Positions 46,445 to 55,534 of a stretch of DNA of 64,000 nucleotides are shown here, piece after piece (position 1 is the first letter of the stretch; the number at the start of each line of letters is the position of its first letter). The translations under genes and the position numbers were made by a program. This stretch comes from Candidatus Bathyarchaeota archaeon. GTDB taxonomy: Archaea > Thermoproteota > Bathyarchaeia > 40CM-2-53-6. The stretch spans positions 26,818-90,817 of the forward strand of contig CAWAOH010000010.1 in the NCBI GenBank assembly GCA_963783645.1, given 5' to 3'. The notes beneath the pieces were generated by a model. That model made no database searches, was not told the DNA's origin, and saw only the letters and a list, made by a program, of their open reading frames with translations.

Positions 46445-46867
46445 GTGTTGAATAACATGACTAACAATGCGGTCTTGATTCGCGGGTTGGACCGGGACCT
46501 CTACAACACCGTGATTTCAAGAGCCAAGCAGCAGGGTAAGAACGTGGGTGACTTGGTAAACGACGCCCTAAGACAATTTGTGAGTGCATCTCCATCGGAA
46601 AGTCATGACGTATTTGACACGAAGAAGCTGATTATCGCCGGTTCCGTGCTGTTATCCAAATCGGACATCTTAGGTCTTCACCAGGAGCTTGGAAACTTCC
46701 ACTTGGAGAACAGCGGCGACCTCACATTCGACAAGGATGTTGATCGTGAGGCGTTCTCGAAGATTGAACGGATCCACAACACCGGTAAACTTCGAGTCCC
46801 CAGCGGCGTACACCACTTCGCCCTCCTGAAGGCAGGGCACATACGCGGAGAAGTAGAGAAGTACTAG
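46445..46867 (+). CDS. ribbon-helix-helix (CopG/MetJ-like) DNA-binding protein with ~90-aa C-terminal domain
   Basis: 'AVLIRGLDRDLYNTVISRAKQQGKNVGDLVNDALRQFV' fits a beta-strand plus two helices of the RHH fold. The C-terminal domain is unassigned. Confidence 0.5.
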   Translation: MLNNMTNNAVLIRGLDRDLYNTVISRAKQQGKNVGDLVNDALRQFVSASPSESHDVFDTKKLIIAGSVLLSKSDILGLHQELGNFHLENSGDLTFDKDVDREAFSKIERIHNTGKLRVPSGVHHFALLKAGHIRGEVEKY

Positions 46868-47046
46868 GGTGAACCATCAGACATTGCAGTGTTTGTAGCC
46901 TATTTTCAGCCTTTCACCGCCCAGCTTTTCAGGCTGTGACAACTCAATTTTCAGCCCACTGACATGGCTATTACTGATGTGTTCATGTAGGTGCCCTCAT
47001 CGCAAAGGCAACCAGTTACTGGTACCCGCAGAAATATGAGGGACAG

Positions 47047-47172
47047 ATGACACGCCATTTGCGGTTACCGCGCCCACCAATCATCCGATGCCTGCATTGC
47101 GGCCACGACAACTTCCTCGGAAGTGATCGTTGCGGTAAATGTGGGAAGCCGCTCGTGCGGAGTGAAGGATGA
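47047..47172 (+). CDS. possible small Zn-ribbon protein (41 aa)
   Basis: Hand translation: 'MTRHLRLPRPPIIRCLHCGHDNFLGSDRCGKCGKPLVRSEG'. The overlapping 98-aa minus-strand ORF looks non-coding. Confidence 0.25.
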   Translation: MTRHLRLPRPPIIRCLHCGHDNFLGSDRCGKCGKPLVRSEG

Positions 47173-47351
47173 GTTGGGATTGCTGAATAGATCGTACAAG
47201 TCAACTTGTTAAACATCGAATGCAAGCGACTGATACTGCCGCTTCCACCAATCGATCGAAAATACTCGCAAATGACCTCGCGATACCCATAACAAACCTC
47301 ATGAAACGACATGGCAATCAGTCTACACGGTATGTATCGAAATCCTGTAGC

Positions 47352-47359
47352 TTTTTTTT
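47352..47359 (+). terminator. T8 tract (archaeal oligo-T terminator candidate)
   Basis: 'gtagcttttttttcgg' downstream of the + strand ORFs of the insert. An 8-bp-stem hairpin also lies at 47406-47424, next to the queD stop. Confidence 0.3.
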
Positions 47360-47427
47360 CGGTGTTGTGTTAGGGGCCAGAGGCCATGGTAGTGAGTTTG
47401 TTTGAGATCTGAGGCTCTCAGATCATC

Positions 47428-47757
47428 CTATACGGTTTGAACCCCGAATTTTCCTGTTTCCCAGAGTTCAATCTCGACAGGAGACTTGAAACTATTGGCC
47501 AACTGATCTCGTATCTGCCTTGCTAGACGTTCACATGTCATATTTCCAATGTCACGGTGGTCGTACTTCTCGTCGATGAGTCCGTCCACGGTTTTCTTGA
47601 TCTCCTCAAAATCGAGCCATTCGCTGCTCACGCCGTACACTCTCGCTAACAGTAGGTAGTTGTGTCCATGCATCCGGCCGCATTTCGGATGACCAGCGAT
47701 AATGTGCGCGGCGGCAAATTCACGCTTGTACAATCTCGCAACATCAGGTTCTGTCAT
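47428..47757 (-). CDS. queD: 6-carboxy-5,6,7,8-tetrahydropterin synthase (PTPS family)
   Basis: 'HPKCGRMHGHNY' and 'EIELWET'; ~110 aa. Confidence 0.85.
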   Translation of the reverse strand: MTEPDVARLYKREFAAAHIIAGHPKCGRMHGHNYLLLARVYGVSSEWLDFEEIKKTVDGLIDEKYDHRDIGNMTCERLARQIRDQLANSFKSPVEIELWETGKFGVQTV

Positions 47758-47759
47758 TC

Positions 47760-48311
47760 TTATACCGGCTTCCGCAGCATGTCAAAGAATTCGTTTCGAG
47801 TTTCCGGTTTTTCAAACTGACCTCGAAGCTCAGACGTCACAATGTCAGCCGCACTCTTGACACCTCTCATCTGCATACACAGGTGCCTAGCTTGGATCAC
47901 TACCGCTACGCCGAGAGGATGCAAATTCTCGTTCAGAGCATCCGCAATCTGCTTGGTCATTCGCTCCTGGAGTTGAAGCCTTTTACTGAAACAATCAACG
48001 AGTCTCGCGAGCTTTGAAAGGCCAACCACGGCCTTTGACGGAATATATCCAATGTGTACTTTACCGTAAAACGGAAGGAGATGGTGTTCGCAGAGGCTAA
48101 AGAAATCGATCTCCTTAGCAATGACCATCCCAGTAATCTCATTCCATTCTCTTGACAGAATCTCCTTCGGTTTCATCGCATAGCCTTCGGTGAGCTCCTC
48201 ATACATGTCCGCGACGCGTCGAGGCGTGTCGAGGAGACCTTCCCGTTTCGGATCCTCACCCATTACCTCAAGAAACTCTCTAGTCAGCGTCCGCATTCGA
48301 TTCTTATCCAT
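47760..48311 (-). CDS. folE: GTP cyclohydrolase I
   Basis: '[10 protein letters not shown]', '[22 protein letters not shown]', 'QERMT'. Confidence 0.9.
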   Translation of the reverse strand: MDKNRMRTLTREFLEVMGEDPKREGLLDTPRRVADMYEELTEGYAMKPKEILSREWNEITGMVIAKEIDFFSLCEHHLLPFYGKVHIGYIPSKAVVGLSKLARLVDCFSKRLQLQERMTKQIADALNENLHPLGVAVVIQARHLCMQMRGVKSAADIVTSELRGQFEKPETRNEFFDMLRKPV

Positions 48312-48391
48312 GATTCATACAATCCGAAATGGTAAACAATGGATCGTGCGGTATGCTCGTGAGCAATAAGTCATTGCCTCGTAGAAGCGTG

Positions 48392-49009
48392 ATGAAGAGC
48401 GCCAAGGTGTCAGTTATAGAAGAATTAGTTAGACCACTGCCTCGCTCCTTCTACGATAAGGGAACCGTGACTGTTGCAAGAAAGCTTCTGGGCAAACGTT
48501 TGGTTAGAGTGAGAGGGCGTGTCGAATTGATTGGGAGAATAGTCGAAGTCGAAGCGTACAGGGGGCGAGATGATCCTGCAAGTCATGCTTATCGCGGCAA
48601 GACGCCGAGGAACATGCCAATGTTCGGTGAGCCAGGTCACGCATACATCTACTTCACTTACGGAAACCACTACTGCCTAAACGTTACAACGCAGCGACCT
48701 GGCGTAGCCGGGGCAGTCCTTATTCGCGCCGTCGAACCATTGAATGGTTTGAGTTTGATGAGGCGGTTGCGTCCAGGGGTGCCAGATTTGCAGTTAACTA
48801 ATGGTCCAGGAAAGCTGACCAAAGCGTTTGCCATTGACAAGCCGCTTAACGAAATAGATTTGACAAGACTTGGTCACTTGTTCATCGGCCAGCCGAGGAG
48901 TGAGTCAACGTTTGTGATCGAACGATCACCTAGAATAGGTATAACGTTGGGAAATGAACGATTATGGCGGTTCTACATCAAATCCAACCCATACGTTTCG
49001 AGGCGTTAG
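48392..49009 (+). CDS. mpg: DNA-3-methyladenine glycosylase (AAG/Mpg family)
   Basis: 'VARKLLGKRLV', 'IVEVEAYRGRDDPASHAYRGKTPRN', 'GHAYIYFTYGNHYCLNV', 'NGPGKL'. Confidence 0.8.
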   Translation: MKSAKVSVIEELVRPLPRSFYDKGTVTVARKLLGKRLVRVRGRVELIGRIVEVEAYRGRDDPASHAYRGKTPRNMPMFGEPGHAYIYFTYGNHYCLNVTTQRPGVAGAVLIRAVEPLNGLSLMRRLRPGVPDLQLTNGPGKLTKAFAIDKPLNEIDLTRLGHLFIGQPRSESTFVIERSPRIGITLGNERLWRFYIKSNPYVSRR

Positions 49010-49020
49010 CTCACTGGGAA

Positions 49021-49767
49021 TTATGATGCAAGATATTTGAATGTGTAGTAGAGATTTCTCATACGAAGCATGAAACTGAACTTGGTTTTTCCTTTGCGCA
49101 TCCTAAACCCTACGGGGATTTCAACAACGTGAAATCCTTCTTTCAGAATATTCACGAACAGCTCTAATTCAATCTCAAAGCCCATGGACTGAATCTTAGG
49201 ATAAATCCGTCTCACGGCTTCTCGCGTAAATAACCAATATCCTGTTTGAACGTCTGTAAACAGGCGAAGGAATTTCGCTCCGAGCAAAAACGATACTGTC
49301 AGGTTCGATGCAAAGCTCAACGCAGGCATTGCGCCTTTTTCTCTCACTCCCCGAATGCGTGAGCCTAGAACGACGTCCGCCTTGCCAGATTGCGCAGCAG
49401 GCACCATCTTCGCAAGGTCGGAGGGGATGTTGGTTTCGTCTCCATCAATTATAGAGAGGAACTCTGAATTTCCCTCCAGAAATAGTTTCATTCCCGTTCG
49501 GACCCCGCAACCTTTTCCTTTGCCAAATTCCTGCAAAACCACCCTCGCTCCCATGGAAATGGCGATATCTCTGGTTCTGTCAGAGCTGAATCCATCAACG
49601 ACTAGAATATCAGTAAACCCCGATGCCCCGGCTTCCTGTATTAGTTGTTGGATCGCTTCTTCTTCATTCACGGTCGGAATCAATAGCAGAACGTTGGGGT
49701 ATATGATTGGGTTATGTTTTTCAGTAATTTGCTGACCATGATCGGCTCGGTTTTCCATAGGTGGCAC
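49021..49767 (-). CDS. family-2 glycosyltransferase (dolichyl-phosphate mannose/glucose synthase-like)
   Basis: 'LLIPTVNEEEAI', 'VVDGFSSDRT', 'IDGDE' (DxD). Confidence 0.8.
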   Translation of the reverse strand: MPPMENRADHGQQITEKHNPIIYPNVLLLIPTVNEEEAIQQLIQEAGASGFTDILVVDGFSSDRTRDIAISMGARVVLQEFGKGKGCGVRTGMKLFLEGNSEFLSIIDGDETNIPSDLAKMVPAAQSGKADVVLGSRIRGVREKGAMPALSFASNLTVSFLLGAKFLRLFTDVQTGYWLFTREAVRRIYPKIQSMGFEIELELFVNILKEGFHVVEIPVGFRMRKGKTKFSFMLRMRNLYYTFKYLAS

Positions 49768-49854
49768 AAACCTACTGATTTGCTCTGTATCGTGGCAAGC
49801 CTTTACAGTATGCCAATTTCAAGCAGCTTCGTTCAACCAACTTGACTTATTTAG

Positions 49855-51189
49855 TTACTTGCTTGCTGTTGTTATTCCTACGTCTCTAACGAGCACATAG
49901 GGTGTGAGAGTTGGAGTAGGTACCTCCCACCATCTAATCCAGTGTCTCTCGTTTGAGAGTGCTTCGATAGATTGGAGTATCCTGATCATGTTGTCGCTCA
50001 CTCTCAGTCCTTTCACGGGATTTCCAAGTTTTCCATTTTTGATCTCAAATACGCCGTCGCGGCATATTGTTGAGAAGTCGCCTGTCTGGTAGTTCTGAAA
50101 TCTCGTGTACCAATTGTTCGTTATGTAGAGTCCCGTCTGTGCTTTGTCGAGCAGATTTTCGAATCGTTGCTCACCAGGCTCGACAATCAGATTTCTAGGA
50201 GCAGGTATCATTCCTGCTACTCCTGCCTCGAACTGGGCGCTTCCTGTAAGTCGAGCATTATACTTCGCTGCCGTATAGGAGGTATGAAGATAGTTCTCCA
50301 ACGTCCCCTTTGTAATCAGGTGCGTTTCTCCTGTTGGGTAGCCTTCATCATCGAGTGCTATTGATCCAGGACCGTTTGGTAGTCTTCCGTTGTCATGGAG
50401 AGTAAGTTTCTCTGAAGCAACTTTCTTACCCAGGCTATCCTGGAAAAATGAGAAGCCGAGGTCAACGGTATAAGCAGATGCGGAGTCTGCTGCGCGGTCG
50501 ATTAAGTCAGCGAATATTGCTGGGCCTAACACTATACTGTACTTTCCGGACTTACCTGCGGTAGCTCCTCGAGCTCTCTTAGCAATAGTTCCAGCCGTCG
50601 CGCCCGCTCCTCCGGGGTCAAATCGGCTGAGGTTAGTTGCTATTGAGATTCCCTGTCCGGTGGCATCATCCGTGGCGAAGGCACGGACGGTGATTTCGAT
50701 CCCGGTGCCTTTACTCGAGCCTTCTGCTCCTGCGGAAGTGATTACGAAATGTTCCCAGCTGCCTGAAACGACAACGCCCGAGACTCGCTGTGCGCCTTCT
50801 TTCCTAGCGGAGTTTATTGCATTCTCCGCGGCGTCAATCAATCCCGTGTCGATTTCTGCCAATCTCTTGTCGTATGTTCCTTCTACATCTGAATATGTGA
50901 ACGGCCCTTTGGGAAGTCCAAAATCCACGTCGCCGCGTGGCATCACCTTCATCGAATCAGCCAGCTCCTTTACGACGCTTTCGAATTCTGCGCCGTCCTG
51001 TTCCTCAATTCTGCATGCAGCTCGTTTTCCATTAGATACTAAGTAAACCGTTGGTACTTCGGTCTGCCAGCTATTGACAACCGTGATCGAATTGTTGCTA
51101 AATCTGACCATCTGATCTCGGGAACGCGTGAATCCCACGGCAGCGGACTTCACGCCAAGTTTCTTCGATGCCGACAGGATTCTGTTCAT
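49855..51189 (-). CDS. pmbA: PmbA/TldE-family metalloprotease component
   Basis: TldD/PmbA-fold sequence with C-terminal 'GLYITNNWYTRFQNYQTGDFSTICRDGVFEIKNGKL'. Starting at the internal Met avoids an 86-nt overlap with tldD. Confidence 0.8.
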   Translation of the reverse strand: MNRILSASKKLGVKSAAVGFTRSRDQMVRFSNNSITVVNSWQTEVPTVYLVSNGKRAACRIEEQDGAEFESVVKELADSMKVMPRGDVDFGLPKGPFTYSDVEGTYDKRLAEIDTGLIDAAENAINSARKEGAQRVSGVVVSGSWEHFVITSAGAEGSSKGTGIEITVRAFATDDATGQGISIATNLSRFDPGGAGATAGTIAKRARGATAGKSGKYSIVLGPAIFADLIDRAADSASAYTVDLGFSFFQDSLGKKVASEKLTLHDNGRLPNGPGSIALDDEGYPTGETHLITKGTLENYLHTSYTAAKYNARLTGSAQFEAGVAGMIPAPRNLIVEPGEQRFENLLDKAQTGLYITNNWYTRFQNYQTGDFSTICRDGVFEIKNGKLGNPVKGLRVSDNMIRILQSIEALSNERHWIRWWEVPTPTLTPYVLVRDVGITTASK

Positions 51190-51211
51190 AGTCTCGTGTG
51201 GATCCAAGTAT

Positions 51212-52636
51212 TCATCCTCCAAGACGAATCCTGCGGATTCTAATAGGGGGTCCACCGGTCCAGACAGGGGCCCCTTGTTGCGGATCACCCTTTCCACAGG
51301 TAGCTGCTGAGTATTCTACTTCTTTGCCAACCGCATCAACGCTTCCGTACAGCCCTGGCGTCGTGACCTCAAGGATTGGATTTCTGACCGGTGTTCCGAT
51401 TTTGCCGTCTTCAATAATGTAGGCTTCGAGGCCTACGTATCGTTGATTGTAGCGGCGGTCGTCAATATTCCATTCCATGAAACTCTTCATGTATACTCCA
51501 TGCTTAATGTCCCCAAGCAACTCGTCAAGCGCGTAATCTTCCGGTTTCATGAACGTGTTGCCCATTCGGATTATTGGCTCTCGATCATACGCCACCGATC
51601 GTGCGGCGGCATTACTCGATACACCGAATTCTGCCGCTGTCTCGCGATTATGCAATAGTTCAGCGATTATTCCCTCTTTAATGAGTGTCCTCGGCCTTGC
51701 TTTCACTCCCTCATCATCATACTTGTAGAATCCGTATGAATTTGGCAAGGTTGGATCATCAATAATCGTCACGTGTTCCGACCCTATTCTCTGACCAAGC
51801 ATATCACGTTTGACATAGGACTCACCTGCCTGAGCACCCTCGCGTCCAAGTATCCTGTCCGCCTCCTGCGGATGCCCACAGGATTCATGGCAAATTATGC
51901 CAGTTACCTCTGACCCTAGAACCAAGTCGATTTCACCCCTAGGGGGTTGAACACCCTCCCGGAGAACTCTCCCAAGCATTCTAGCCTGATCAGCAGCAAT
52001 GGCAGGTGGATTCCACTCTTTCACTGCCTCCCATCCACGGCTCTGCGCCTCGTGGTGCATACGTTGGATTGTTCCTTTTCCTTTCTCTTCCCCCGTAAGC
52101 ATGAATAACAAGCTGATTCTTGGCACAAGTCCTCGAATCTTAGACCCTTCACTGTTAAAGTAGAATTTCTCCGTTAACTCGTCGTCCAGAAGTAAAATCC
52201 GCGACGGTAAAGAAACATTAACCTGTTCTGGACTTAGAGCCTTCTCAATAGAGGAGAGTACGTCAAATTTCTCCTGGATCGATACTTGCTGAGTATCAAT
52301 TCTCATCCGCGCCTCCCATTTGTCTTCCCAGCTTTTCTCAGGGGCGAGTTTCGTTGGTGTTGAGATGAGTCTGGCAGCCGCCTTCGCTGTCTTGACAGCT
52401 GTTTCTGCTGATGCACGAATTTGGGATGATTCAAGGCTGTTTGTGGATGCAAAGCCCATAGATCCGTCTACTATGATCCGGATGCCAATGCCAAGTTTTC
52501 TTGTGGATGTAACAGGTTCTGCTGTACCATTCTTTAATGTGAGTGTGTGCCCGACGTCGCGCTGAACCCTTGCTTCAGCGTAATCTGCACCGGACCTCAG
52601 AGCCTGTTCAACAGCAAGACGTGCTTTGTCTTCCAT
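51212..52636 (-). CDS. tldD: TldD-family metalloprotease
   Basis: 'HESCGHPQEADR' (HExxxH), 'GVYMKSFMEWNIDDRRYNQRY', C-terminal 'CGKGDPQQGAPV'. Confidence 0.85.
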   Translation of the reverse strand: MEDKARLAVEQALRSGADYAEARVQRDVGHTLTLKNGTAEPVTSTRKLGIGIRIIVDGSMGFASTNSLESSQIRASAETAVKTAKAAARLISTPTKLAPEKSWEDKWEARMRIDTQQVSIQEKFDVLSSIEKALSPEQVNVSLPSRILLLDDELTEKFYFNSEGSKIRGLVPRISLLFMLTGEEKGKGTIQRMHHEAQSRGWEAVKEWNPPAIAADQARMLGRVLREGVQPPRGEIDLVLGSEVTGIICHESCGHPQEADRILGREGAQAGESYVKRDMLGQRIGSEHVTIIDDPTLPNSYGFYKYDDEGVKARPRTLIKEGIIAELLHNRETAAEFGVSSNAAARSVAYDREPIIRMGNTFMKPEDYALDELLGDIKHGVYMKSFMEWNIDDRRYNQRYVGLEAYIIEDGKIGTPVRNPILEVTTPGLYGSVDAVGKEVEYSAATCGKGDPQQGAPVWTGGPPIRIRRIRLGG

Positions 52637-52766
52637 GGGTGTAAGGCCAAGCCGACACGCTTCGGCCGATAATTAAGAGTAGCTTCTGCTGGTTATGCAT
52701 AAGCGGCCAAGAAATGGTAACAAAAAAAATTAGGAGATATTCGCAACCGATGGCTGATATTCACGT

Positions 52767-53360
52767 TTAGTACTGGTCGCGTCCGCGGTCTCTGCCGCCA
52801 CCGTATCCTCTTCCGCGGCCTCTACCGTAGCCTCCGCCACCGCCGCCACCGCCGTAGCCGCCGCCTCGGCCGCCACCATAGCCGCCGCCTCGGCCGCCAC
52901 CATAGCCGCCGCCTCGGCCGCCACCATAGCCGCCTCCGCCTCCGTAGGGTCGGTATGGACGTTCTTCGACGATTTTGTCGGAAAGGTTGTTCTGAGTATT
53001 GACATCGCCAAGAGCGGGTTCTGCTGGTTCAAGGCTACCATAGCGGCCGATGTTCAGTCGCATGGATCCTTTGAACGGGCGGACATATCCATTCTTGACC
53101 ATCACGCTGTCGCCTTCGTTCACTTTGTCGATGTTCTCATCCCAAAGCGTCATGTAGATTGCGCCGGTTTCGTCTCCGACGAGAGCGTCCAACACGCGGT
53201 GCGTTGTACCATCCTGTCGGGAAACTGTCTCCCGAGCTTCACCCTTTTGCACGACTTTTACGGTCGTGTTCACCTGTTTCGAGTATGGTTGGAGGTCGCT
53301 GACTTTCACGATAGGTGCCGGGGCACCACTAGGCTGTCTTTCTTCCTCTGACATTTTCAA
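52767..53360 (-). CDS. ssb: single-OB-fold ssDNA-binding protein (crenarchaeal SSB type) with Gly/Arg/Tyr-rich tail
   Basis: OB core 'VKVVQKGEARETVSRQDGTTHRVLDALVGDETGAIYMTLWDE...VMVKNGYVRPFKGSMRLNIGRYG', then the '(GGRGGGYG)n...RGRGRGYGGGRDRGRD' tail. Confidence 0.8.
   Translation of the reverse strand: MKMSEEERQPSGAPAPIVKVSDLQPYSKQVNTTVKVVQKGEARETVSRQDGTTHRVLDALVGDETGAIYMTLWDENIDKVNEGDSVMVKNGYVRPFKGSMRLNIGRYGSLEPAEPALGDVNTQNNLSDKIVEERPYRPYGGGGGYGGGRGGGYGGGRGGGYGGGRGGGYGGGGGGGGYGRGRGRGYGGGRDRGRDQY
52857..52928. repeat. three perfect tandem copies of a 24-nt unit (GCCGCCGCCTCGGCCGCCACCATA) inside the SSB tail
   Basis: Counted directly: 52857-52880, 52881-52904, 52905-52928. Each unit encodes 'YGGGRGGG'. 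Confidence 0.9.
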
Positions 53361-53520
53361 GTCTACTTCTTTTCAAACGGTAAGCCAACAACGATGAAGC
53401 GGAGTCTTAAGGGTTATGATAAACTCAAGAGAGATATGCCGTATCTGAGCTGCTGTATCCTTATCGGAGCTATTCTACAGGTAAGGGTCGAAAACGATAT
53501 TCTATGTATATGCTGCTATG

Positions 53521-54348
53521 CTAAAGATAAGGGGCGAGCAAGTCAACATTTTCAATTACGAGCTCAGGCTTCGTACGTGAATGGTTGATTGAGTCTCTGG
53601 TCTCTACTCCAGTGAGCACTAGTACTGTGTGAATTCCTGCTTTCTTTGCGCCCACCAAATCTGTTTCGATTTGATCGCCTACCATAACTGCGTATTCTGC
53701 TTTCTCGTTGGCGCGTTTCAATGCAAGCTTGAACATCCGCGGCGATGGCTTACCAATCATTGTTGCTTTCCTATGCGACCCGTACTCCAGTGCCTTGATT
53801 ATCGGACCTGCAGAAAGTGCGGGCCCATTATCGCTCATGTAAACTGCTCCGCCGTAACTGCCAATCAAGACTGAACGATTTCTAAGGAGGCGAAGAGCGA
53901 GGTCTAACTTGTTATAATTCAAACCTCTGTCGAATCCAACAACTACAACGTCAGGATTCGACTCTGTATACTGATGACCCGCAGCTTCTAGTTCATGTAG
54001 CAACCCGTTTTCGCCCACGAGGAAGAAGGTAACTTGTCTCCGATATTTTTGGGTCAGGTAGAGGGCTGTAAGGTAGCTTGAAGTCAGAATATCTTCAATA
54101 TCGAAATCGAATCCAAGATGCACGAGATTGCGATGAACTTTTTCCCGGGTGCGTGTCGAATCATTCGTCAAAACGAATGCTTGCCGTCCGGATGACTTGA
54201 TGCGTGCAATGACCTCTCGGCCTGCCAGATAGCGCTGGTTCTCCTTGCCGACCGAAAGTACGCCATCCATGTCAAATAGGAAAAGTCTCATCGTGCGGAG
54301 TTTCATTTTGGTCAGATGCTCTTCAGAGTGTTGTTCTTTAGCGTCCAA
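53521..54348 (-). CDS. HAD-superfamily subfamily IIA hydrolase (NagD-like sugar/PLP phosphatase)
   Basis: 'FLFDMDGVL', 'FVLTNDSTRT', 'GKPSPRMF', 'MVGDQIETDLVGAKKAG'. Confidence 0.75.
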   Translation of the reverse strand: MDAKEQHSEEHLTKMKLRTMRLFLFDMDGVLSVGKENQRYLAGREVIARIKSSGRQAFVLTNDSTRTREKVHRNLVHLGFDFDIEDILTSSYLTALYLTQKYRRQVTFFLVGENGLLHELEAAGHQYTESNPDVVVVGFDRGLNYNKLDLALRLLRNRSVLIGSYGGAVYMSDNGPALSAGPIIKALEYGSHRKATMIGKPSPRMFKLALKRANEKAEYAVMVGDQIETDLVGAKKAGIHTVLVLTGVETRDSINHSRTKPELVIENVDLLAPYL

Positions 54349-54368
54349 ATCTTACTGAATGCCAGTTT

Positions 54369-55328
54369 TCAGTTCTTTGGTATCAATCGCGTTGTAGCCA
54401 AGAGACCGCGCTGGGCAGATTTTGCGATCTGGGGGATACCAATCAGATCTTCGAATATCACCAGAACCCGCGAAAGAATTGCAAACGCTAGGGCCAGTCT
54501 GATATCTACTCCTAAGAGGAGGAAGATCCCGACAATGGCTCCTTCCTGGAAACCTATTCCTGAAGGTGTAAGTGGGACAAACCCGAAAGCTGTGATGAGT
54601 GGATGAAGGAGGAAGAATCCAAACCATCCGATATTGGTTATTCCCAGAGATAGTCCTAAGAAGAACCATTCAAACCCTTTCAGTACCCAGGAAAGTAAAG
54701 TAATCAGGAAAATTTCAGGTATCGCGCGCCGTGTCTTCATTGCGTTCTTTCCGAACTCGTCCAGTTTCGCAATAATGCGACCCGTGAATCGTGCGAAAAA
54801 TCTTGAAGTTGCGATTTTTCTGAACAAGTCAGCCGCTCGCGGAGACCAGATTATTGCTGCTAACACAAATCCGCCGAGTAGCATGAGTCCGATGCCGATT
54901 ATAGCCAGTGTGAATATTTCCCGAGTCAAGTTTGTGCGGTACAAGAGAAATACCAGTGCGCTTGCCCCGCCAAGGACCTTTACTAGGAATTCGATTGATT
55001 GTATACCAAGAATGCATGAAAGACTCGCTGAAGGGTCAATGTTCTGATTCATCAGATAGACTGGGGTGAGCATGTAGCCGGATCTTCCTGGTGTAACATC
55101 GCTAGTTAGCATCCCAGCATATTGAGGCAGGATCGTTTTCCTGAACGTCGCTTTGATGTCTTGTCGTTCGAGCACTCTGATGATTCTTATCGTGAACAGT
55201 ACATTAATCAGGAAATAAGCGAGGAACGCGAATAGTAGATAGAACGGGTTGGTTTTGGCAATGACTAGAAGCAAAGTATTGACTCCTGCATACCAGACCA
55301 GTGCTCCAAGTATGGCGACCATGAGCAA
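54369..55328 (-). CDS. flippase-like membrane protein (UPF0104 / LPG-synthase TM-region family)
   Basis: ~8 TM segments; 'VTPGRSGYMLTP' and 'PLTPSGIGFQEGAIVGIFLLLG' resemble the family's conserved loops. Confidence 0.6.
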   Translation of the reverse strand: MLMVAILGALVWYAGVNTLLLVIAKTNPFYLLFAFLAYFLINVLFTIRIIRVLERQDIKATFRKTILPQYAGMLTSDVTPGRSGYMLTPVYLMNQNIDPSASLSCILGIQSIEFLVKVLGGASALVFLLYRTNLTREIFTLAIIGIGLMLLGGFVLAAIIWSPRAADLFRKIATSRFFARFTGRIIAKLDEFGKNAMKTRRAIPEIFLITLLSWVLKGFEWFFLGLSLGITNIGWFGFFLLHPLITAFGFVPLTPSGIGFQEGAIVGIFLLLGVDIRLALAFAILSRVLVIFEDLIGIPQIAKSAQRGLLATTRLIPKN

Positions 55329-55534
55329 TAGTTGGAGGAGAAGACGCAGTCTACTCCCTGGTAGTCGGAATGTGTGTCACCATGTCGGCCACATCCGAGG
55401 GCGCTATATCTTTCTTATGTCTCAGTTTGGAGTCATGTTACAGGTTATTCGCGCTCATAGTGTAGGTAGTCATGAAACGAATCAGCTCTAGCTAGCGGCT
55501 CGATTGGATAATTCGAAGTGGGTGTGGGTTGCGC

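Noticed and set aside
52730-53041. 103-aa Ala/Glu-rich ORF ('AAMVAAEAAAMVAAEAA...').
   Set aside because: It is an alternative frame of the GC-rich tandem repeat inside the well-supported SSB gene, so it is an artefact of the repeat.
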